Assembly: GCA_963840645.1 (NCBI GenBank)
Contig: CAWIZL010000004.1
Coordinates: 267,470 to 331,469 of the forward strand
Origin: Candidatus Doudnabacteria bacterium
GTDB lineage: Bacteria; Patescibacteriota; Doudnabacteria; UBA920; VMFF01
Reading direction: 5' to 3'
DNA: 64,000 nt
The translations under genes and the position numbers were made by a program. Shown here piece after piece: positions 57,980 to 64,000 of the stretch; the stretch's first letter is position 1; every line of letters begins with the position of its first letter. Below the pieces are notes generated by a model. That model was not told where the DNA came from. It saw nothing but the letters and a program-made list of their open reading frames with translations, and did no database searches.

Positions 57980-60009
57980 GTGGAAATTACTGAAGATCAC
58001 CTCACGCAAGCAGCCCAAGCCGTACACAACCACGTTGCTGACGGCGTTCGTGATACGGCAATGCAGGCAAACTTTCCACTGCACCACCTGGAATCTCTCA
58101 ACGGTTTAATCGAGAGCGCCGGTGGCCAGCCAGAACAGCTGACGCAGATCATAACAGCTCCAGGAGTTGACACGCTCATCCCCCAGCTTGAGTACGTAGA
58201 CGGCGGGACTTCTGATGAGCTTGAAAAAATTGGGGTTCTGGCTTTGCTCGCAGCTGCTGGGGCTGGCGCTGCTGCAGGCACTGCGATGCTGCTGCGGAAA
58301 AAAAGACGCGGTGAAGAAAAAGAATCCGACAACGAAGAAGGTGCGGCGCAAGAACCTGAAGCACGTGCAGCAGAAGAAAAACCAGAGGTGCCCAGACCCA
58401 GAAGCAGATCACAAAGGTGACGAGTTTGCTTGGCACCAAGCCCGAGAAAAAATTAGAGAGAGCTTTGGGAGAATCAGGTCTGGAATACAGGATGCTGAGG
58501 CTGCCCTGTTGGCTGGAGAGATTGAACGCGCGCAAGACTTCTACAGAAACGCAGAAGATACTTTCTATAACATCTCTGTAGAAGATCTACGCGCAGCGCA
58601 AGCCACTGACAGAAAAGATAGCCTGGGCACAGAGCTCCCACGACCTCCAGGGCAAAATCATAAAAGCAAGCCAGGACGCTGAGGCAACCAAGAGAACAGT
58701 CCACACACCAGACGAACCTCCTGCCAAAACCCGAACGGAAATAGAAAATATCGAGAAAGAAAAGCTGGCCGAAAAAGAGAGGCAGTGGCGTTTTGTGCTC
58801 GATGAAACAGAATCAGCCCTTCGCAACAACGAACTAGAGCTGGCTGAGCAGCTGCTCGGACAGGCCAACGATACTGGAATTGATTTTGCGAGAAGGGCGC
58901 GCGCTCTTTCAAACGCGAGCGGCAACAACGAGAGTGGGCAGGCCTACTCAGAGCTTAAACGTAGAGAAAATAAACTGCTAGAGGAACTGTCTGAACGAAT
59001 GAAAGCCGAGGTTAAAATAGAACCAGAGGCTGCGCCAGCTGAACCAAAAGAAGCTCGCCACGTAAAACGTGATTACAGCGAAGCGCAGGTCGAAAGAGCG
59101 GCTGCGATAATCGAAAAAGCCTTCGACTCTGCTGACTCTGAAATTATTTTTCTCGATGAAGACCCTGCGGTTGGGTTGCAAAAAATTCTCTCTGTTTTGG
59201 GTAAGATCGATGAGCTGGCAAACCAACGAGATACGCCTGCGCGCGTGAAAAAAATATACAGCGACGAATGTTATAGTTTGGTCAATAGAATTCACGAAGC
59301 GGGACACGACAATGTAGCTGTGCAGCTCTGGAAAAAGATAGGCCGCGGGGAGCCACTGCCTTTCACAACGGCGGAAGAAGAGACAAACGTAGGCTTGGAT
59401 AACCTAGAGAGACTCAATCACGATATTGAGCAATCTCTCTTGGCGGGAGACACGGCCGGTGCTGCAGAACTACAAGAACAGTTTGCAGCTGAAGTCGCCT
59501 CAATGCCTTTTTCCCTAAACAGGCTAGCAACTAACGAAAAAATCTCAGCACAGGAAAGACTGGATGATATTCAAGCTGCTAACCGCGCGCTGTACGGAGG
59601 AGCTGGTGAGCCTACTTTTGTAGAGCCATCCACAGAGACCAAGCTGACCAAGAAACAGGCTGCCATTTTCGAACGCGCGAAATCCGAAGGCATAAACTTG
59701 TACCCGGAGATGGCGACAAAGTGGAACGAATTTACGCTACCAAGAGAAAGAGGTGGCACGCTGTGGAGCTTAGTTGACAGACAGCTACTCACGCCGAAAG
59801 AAGCTTTAGACATAATTGACGAAATAAAGAGCGTCAAAGAATGGCGCACAAAGAAAGTAAACCTATCTGAACTCACGGATGCTTTCCAGATCCTCTTAAA
59901 AAAGAAGCAGGTCAAGGCTATAAAAAGTGCCGTCGAGGAGATGCGCAGCATGAACGCTGCAATGGATGCGGCGTACAATGAGGCCAAGAAAAAAGGTAAC
60001 AAAAAATAA
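57980..60009 (+). CDS. Hypothetical single-TM, long coiled-coil protein of about 675 aa (frame interrupted twice)
   Basis: ORFs 57980..58420, 58215..58682 and 58795..60009 (the last frame open from about 58630) are colinear, with breaks near 58400 and 58640. One TM helix (GVLALLAAAGAGAAAGTAMLL). The rest is K/E/A-rich helical sequence. Confidence 0.5.
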
Positions 60010-60011
60010 TT

Positions 60012-60329
60012 ATGCAGTCACTCACAGAGCTACAGGAAAAATACACCGCTCAGTTTTTCCAAGATTTCAAGCTACAGAAAAGCAGCGCTGAAACTCAAGA
60101 AAAAATCTTGGCAATGGTTTCGCACCGCCTTTTAGACGTTGCGGTGACAACGTGCATTGCTGCGATGAATGGCGAGCAGCTCGAACGTTTCTCGGCTACG
60201 CTCGCAGACCCAGAAAAAAATCAGGGAAAGATAAGTTCTATTGCCGCAGAGATTCCTGGGCTGCAAGCAGCTATTGAGCAGGCTTACCTACGGGAGTACG
60301 AAGTTTTAAAGGGAAGCTTCGTGCTGTAG
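60012..60329 (+). CDS. Small helical hypothetical protein (105 aa)
   Basis: Intact ORF starting 3 nt after the previous stop: MQSLTELQEKYTAQFFQDFKLQKSS... Confidence 0.55.
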   Translation: MQSLTELQEKYTAQFFQDFKLQKSSAETQEKILAMVSHRLLDVAVTTCIAAMNGEQLERFSATLADPEKNQGKISSIAAEIPGLQAAIEQAYLREYEVLKGSFVL

Positions 60330-60344
60330 AACGAAAGCTCTTTG

Positions 60345-60385
60345 AATAGGCTTTTCGTGTATAAAAGCACGGAACGCCTATTTTT
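60345..60385 (+). terminator. Rho-independent terminator
   Basis: aataggc(ttttcgtg tataaaag cacggaac)gcctatt, followed by TTT-A-TT. Confidence 0.55.
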
Positions 60386-60425
60386 ATTGGCTTTTCTCAT
60401 ATATAAGACTGGCCACTGGCACTAT

Positions 60426-60454
60426 TTGACATATTATATATAATATAGTATAAT
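60426..60454 (+). promoter_or_regulatory. Second perfect-consensus sigma70 promoter
   Basis: TTGACA (60426-60431), 17-nt A/T-only spacer, TATAAT (60449-60454). The leader is about 145 nt and ends in GGGAGGAG before the ATG at 60601. Confidence 0.7.
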
Positions 60455-60600
60455 AGGTGTTCACAGGTTGAGAAGGTTTGCCAACATCTAGCAACCCTCC
60501 CCTGCCTGCGAACAACGCTCACGCGTTGAAGTTCGGCTGGCCACCGCAAGGGTGTTTACACCCGAAGGGTGCACATTTAAAAACTCTGGGAGGAGTTGGC

Positions 60601-61386
60601 ATGAATGTTACAAGTGCAATTGAAGGATTGAAAAAGTTTCTTCTCTGGATTTTCCCGTACAAGTGGCTCGAGACCCTCATCGACATAGCGGTTGCAACGT
60701 GGGGTGCCAAAACAATTCTCGAGGGCCAGTCGCGGAAAAACACCTCCCCCACTTTGTGAACTACAACAGTGGTGGAAACTCAAACGCATTCAATGACCTT
60801 CTGCGGGATTTTGAAAAAATGCCAGATGCCGCAGCGAGAGCCGACACCATCAGGACGTGGCTTCTACGGTGGGCGAAAACCGACCACAGGAGGGCGGAAC
60901 ACTTGAAGCTCTCTATAGCAAAAAAAGCCTTAGGAGCGGGTACACTAGACCCAAAATCCTCTGGGTACGGATACGCAATGCAAGACCTGCTCGATCTTGC
61001 CACAGCTGGTCGCTTCGCAGACGAACGCGGCGACGGAGATCGCACACAGAGAGCCGAAGAACTTGGCCTGGTCATGCCGCACTACGGCATGTACTTTGAC
61101 CAAAAAATCCTGGGGTGGGTTAAACGAGAGTTTACCCGCTTCCATGGGCCTAAACGTATGTCGGTTTTATCTGTTACGTGGGACATCGTACTGCTGGCAC
61201 TCCAGGTGCTCTCAGTTGTTGTGTTCCTCGGACTAGCCGCCTTAGTGCTCATGGCACTGTGCGTTGGGTTGCTCGTTCTCAGCCTGGCATACCCCGTAAT
61301 AGGGTTGCTAGTGTTTATTGCCACGGCCGTAGCCGGCTTGGTGGGTCCTCGTACGAACAAAAACAAAAGAGACAGAAGGAGAATAG
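60601..61386 (+). CDS. Hypothetical membrane protein (frame interrupted once; 3' end 61386 or 61502)
   Basis: MNVTSAIEGLKKFLLWIFPYKWLETLIDIAVATWGAKTILEG. A break near 60730 joins it to the ORF 60663..61502 frame. There are 2-3 C-terminal TM helices (VLSVVVFLGLAALVLMALCVGLLVLSLAYPVIGLLVFIATAVAGLVG). Confidence 0.5.
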
Positions 61387-61387
61387 A

Positions 61388-62461
61388 ATGGAAAAGTTCT
61401 TTAAAGGATTGTGGTTCATCGTGCTGGCTATCGCTGCCTACACCTGTTTTCACTTTAGCCGGTGGGAGACGCTTGCCTTCATTGGCGTGCTTGCGGCACT
61501 GACACTGTGGCAAACAAACAAGGGTCTGGCAACGGCCATCTTCGCGTTAGCCGTATACTCTCTCTTGTGGAATTGGAGTTCGTCCCACAATTCGGGAACT
61601 GTCCAGCTCACGCAACGGCTCTTCGGCAACGGCAAAGACCACCTCAAGAATGGCCTTGTCAGGCTCGACCAATCCACCACAGCGGACAGGTGGATTAAGT
61701 ACCAGGTCAAACAGGATACATGGCCCATCAAGTGCTGCCGCAAGAACAACTTTGACCGCAAGACGGGTCAACTGCTCCACACCGATATTGGCACTCAAAC
61801 GCCACTCCCCCTCGAAGCGGGTACGGTAGTGCAAAGTGCCTTCTCTACAGCCGAACAGGAACAAAAAACCTGGGACATGGGAACCTGGTACGAAGGTAGA
61901 AAGTACCTACCAGTAAACATTTTACGAGAGGGCACTCACGGCAAACTCTTTGAGTTCGGTGATACGTCTATGATCTACCTGGTAGACCCAGATGACCTGG
62001 TGGAGGTCGACACCGACAAGGTTAACGGAACCACCGCGGTTTCGGAAAAACCAAAGGTTAGGCCAGCCAATACAAAGAAGGCTGCCACGCCACCACCAGT
62101 TGCCTCCTACGAGAGGAACGGCACCGTGCCAGGTACGTGGCAAGCAGCAGAGGGCGTCATTCGCCCAACCCTGATGGTCACGCTGTCAGGGCAAGACCCA
62201 GCCGAAGTTGCGGTTGGCGTTGTGCACCCAGGCTCTATTGTATGGGTGACCCAGCAACCTGGCGAGACCGAGGATCCAGGCAGCGATGTCCAGGTCACGG
62301 TAGCTGGGAAAAAGGTTGCATTCGATGAGTGCAGCCTCAAAAACTTCTGCAGCTTCAGCGTTCTGGCCAACAACCAGACGCAGGTGCCGCAAAACGTAAC
62401 CATAAACAATATATCGAGGAGGAAACACGTCGTGACCGTTTACGGCCTCGACGCGTTCTAA
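61388..62461 (+). CDS. Hypothetical protein with two N-terminal TM helices and a beta-rich ectodomain
   Basis: ATG at 61388 is preceded by AGGAG. MEKFFKGLWFIVLAIAAYTCF...LAFIGVLAALTLW... 357 aa, in the frame of ORF 61178..62461. Confidence 0.6.
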   Translation: MEKFFKGLWFIVLAIAAYTCFHFSRWETLAFIGVLAALTLWQTNKGLATAIFALAVYSLLWNWSSSHNSGTVQLTQRLFGNGKDHLKNGLVRLDQSTTADRWIKYQVKQDTWPIKCCRKNNFDRKTGQLLHTDIGTQTPLPLEAGTVVQSAFSTAEQEQKTWDMGTWYEGRKYLPVNILREGTHGKLFEFGDTSMIYLVDPDDLVEVDTDKVNGTTAVSEKPKVRPANTKKAATPPPVASYERNGTVPGTWQAAEGVIRPTLMVTLSGQDPAEVAVGVVHPGSIVWVTQQPGETEDPGSDVQVTVAGKKVAFDECSLKNFCSFSVLANNQTQVPQNVTINNISRRKHVVTVYGLDAF

Positions 62462-62492
62462 AAGCCAGTGAGACTCTCGCTGGCTTCAACCA

Positions 62493-62536
62493 GGGCAGAC
62501 CCACGCAACCGCGTGTGGCCTGCCCTTCTTTTTTTT
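62493..62536 (+). terminator. Rho-independent terminator between convergent genes
   Basis: gggcag-a-cccacgc, loop aacc, gcgtgtgg-c-ctgccc, followed by ttctttttttt. Confidence 0.75.
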
Positions 62537-62546
62537 AAAAAATTAC

Positions 62547-62831
62547 CTACTCCCCAGTTAGATCGGTGACCTGTTCAAGCACATCGCCGTCTATTTCATC
62601 CTCGGCTTTCCTATCAATGGCATCCATTTCGAGTTGAGACCTTTCAAGGTTCTTCGCAATGCCATCAACCGAGTTGCTGATAGCTTCTAAATTTTGCAGT
62701 GCCTCTTTGTCGTCTTCCTGCATCTCTTGAACCGTTGCCTGGGCGCTGGCAGCCAAAACTTCCAGCTCATCGAGTGCTGCATCAATCTCTTGTGGTCCCA
62801 TGCCATTCTCTAACGTTGTGACGTTATCCAT
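62547..62831 (-). CDS. Small, very acidic helical hypothetical protein (94 aa)
   Basis: Intact ORF: MDNVTTLENGMGPQEIDAALDELEVLAASAQATVQEMQEDDKEALQNLEAISNSVDGIAKNLERSQLEMDAIDRKAEDEIDGDVLEQVTDLTGE. Confidence 0.5.
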   Translation of the reverse strand: MDNVTTLENGMGPQEIDAALDELEVLAASAQATVQEMQEDDKEALQNLEAISNSVDGIAKNLERSQLEMDAIDRKAEDEIDGDVLEQVTDLTGE

Positions 62832-62855
62832 ATTTTTATTCTTACCAATCAGAGC

Positions 62856-64000
62856 TTAGGCTGCTCGCCTTAGATCGTCTTCATCTGGGGCAAAGAAAGC
62901 TTCCAGGTCAACGTTCACCTCACCCTGTGGAACCTTTAAAAATTTTGAGTAAGCCTTAACAATGCTCGTGAAGCTTGCCTGGTCTAGCTCGCGATTGGCC
63001 TGAAACTTCATTTTCTTGAAGAGGAACGGCAGGTCAATGGAGTGCGCGGCAGAGTTCGCACCATACCTGCGCCCCATAAATTTATTCCACTTACGAACTG
63101 CTGCGTCCAAGCTGACTTTTTTAACGGCCTGCTCTGCTGCCTCAACTGCAGGCTCAGTGTCAACTGCCGACCGCCCATTCACAACTTCCAGCCTTGGCCG
63201 GCTTCCAGCCTGCGGCTGCAAAGGCCTGCCATCTTTGATGCGAACAAATTCATCACGTTTGTGCCTGTACGGGTTTGCGCCAGCTTCAACTTTTACAATT
63301 TGCGCTTTCACCTCACGCTTCTTTTTGGCAATAGCTTCTTGGCGTTCCCTGATCGGCCCCTGTCCTTTGCCAAAGCCTCTCGGTGTTGCTGAATGACCTC
63401 GTGCCTCTTAATCTGCCTATCTGACATTCCCGCTACTTTCAGGGCAGCCTCGAGGCGCGACATGCGCTGCTCAGCAGCATCTAGCTCGGCTTGCTTTTCC
63501 TTGTGGACAACCTCTGCAAGAGAGGCTTCCAAATCGACTTCGCGATCTTTACCGCTGAGGTCTTCCAGTTCTTTTTCGAATGGCCGTAGCTTTTCAGCGT
63601 AGCTAGCTATGAGCCTATCTGCCACGCTGTCTCTCTTGTCAATGTGTACCTGATTCTTGCCGTTGCGATGTTCGAGCTTTACCTGGACAGCGCTCCTCTC
63701 ATGTGACAGCTTAGCTTGCTCGCCATCTAATTTCTTTAACTGGTGTTCGAGCGACGCTACTCCTGGCATCTCCATTCTCCGGAGATCGGCAATTGCCCGT
63801 TCAATCTCAGTTCTTGAGGTGTTGAGGGCTGTACTGCGAGCATCGACGAGCTTCATTTTCCCCTTGAGCTTCACGGCACGCTCTTCGTGCATATCAGCCC
63901 AAAACTGCTTGTGCGCAATCTCCACCTTGGCGACCACACGGTTCACCAGTGGAATTTTGTACACGCCTTCGTAGATGCGCGATGCAAGGGACTTGGCAGC
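62856..64000 (-). CDS. Hypothetical coiled-coil protein, 5' end beyond the window (frame interrupted once, or two coupled genes)
   Basis: The frame of ORF 63308..63964 is open to nt 64000. One extra base at 63355-63360 joins ...HREALAKDRG to PIRERQEAIAKKKREVKAQIVKVEAG (ORF 62856..63311). Otherwise the two are coupled by a GTGA overlap. Confidence 0.5.

Noticed and set aside
60478-60600. A TTG-initiated N-terminal extension of the 60601 gene (the ORF track start at 60478)
   Set aside because: The extension overlaps the structured leader and has a P/G/H-rich junk composition. The ATG at 60601 is preceded by GGGAGGAG at ideal spacing.
300-64000. Widespread pseudogenisation or genome decay as the explanation for the split genes
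   Set aside because: The breaks hit indispensable genes (tuf, secY, murA, rplB, frr, proS) at a roughly uniform density, and mostly at G/C homopolymers. The flanking fragments are otherwise perfectly conserved in sequence. That pattern fits consensus indel errors, not decay.
52086-64000. The island as a prophage or an integrative/conjugative element
   Set aside because: The visible part has no integrase, terminase, capsid, portal, relaxase or ATPase motifs. It has no flanking tRNA or direct repeats. The right boundary is outside the window, so this cannot be fully excluded.

Overview
64-kb bacterial window. Core genes are moderately GC-rich (two hand-counted 100-nt samples: about 52% in mreB, 37% in the low-GC methyltransferase; nothing computed window-wide). 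The genetic code is standard: TAG, TAA and TGA all end genes at sensible boundaries. No rRNA, tRNA or CRISPR array was found. Gene content suggests a small-genome Patescibacteria/CPR-like organism, but that is inference. The supporting features are an S10-spc ribosomal cluster without L30, a split transketolase, type-Z S14, a PEGA protein, a DUF2341/LamG giant surface protein, and 1-10 nt gene gaps or overlaps.

From about 300 to 55400 almost everything is on the minus strand:
- proS, rseP, frr, holB, mreB, murA and recJ
- a glycolysis/pentose-phosphate supercluster (gpmI-pgk-gap, PfkB-type kinase, transketolase N and C, rpe, rpiB, tpiA, galT)
- ruvX, htrA and pepF
- adk plus an Adk-like::MetAP fusion
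- GH57 plus glgA
- a giant surface-protein gene of about 6.5 kb
- secY, 20 ribosomal protein genes, and tuf

Four things stand out.
1. About 40 reading-frame breaks are spread over essential genes, mostly at short G/C homopolymers. I read these as consensus indel errors, not pseudogenes.
2. A family of AT-rich, stop-codon-saturated inverted-repeat elements sits at operon junctions. The arms differ between copies but stay complementary within each copy. A shared core of about 55 nt occurs in both orientations. One copy is expanded into an 11-unit TAGTTAG microsatellite.
3. An island of about 12 kb (52.1-64.0 kb) holds about 12 orphan genes for membrane-anchored, secreted and long coiled-coil proteins. 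It is driven by TTGACA-17-TATAAT promoters and strong Shine-Dalgarno sites that the core genes lack. This is my best candidate for an undescribed envelope-associated system.
4. Several gene architectures are unusual: the Adk-like::MetAP fusion, GH57 with a UVR tail, a Cys4 L24, a long-tailed L22, and a low-GC methyltransferase islet.
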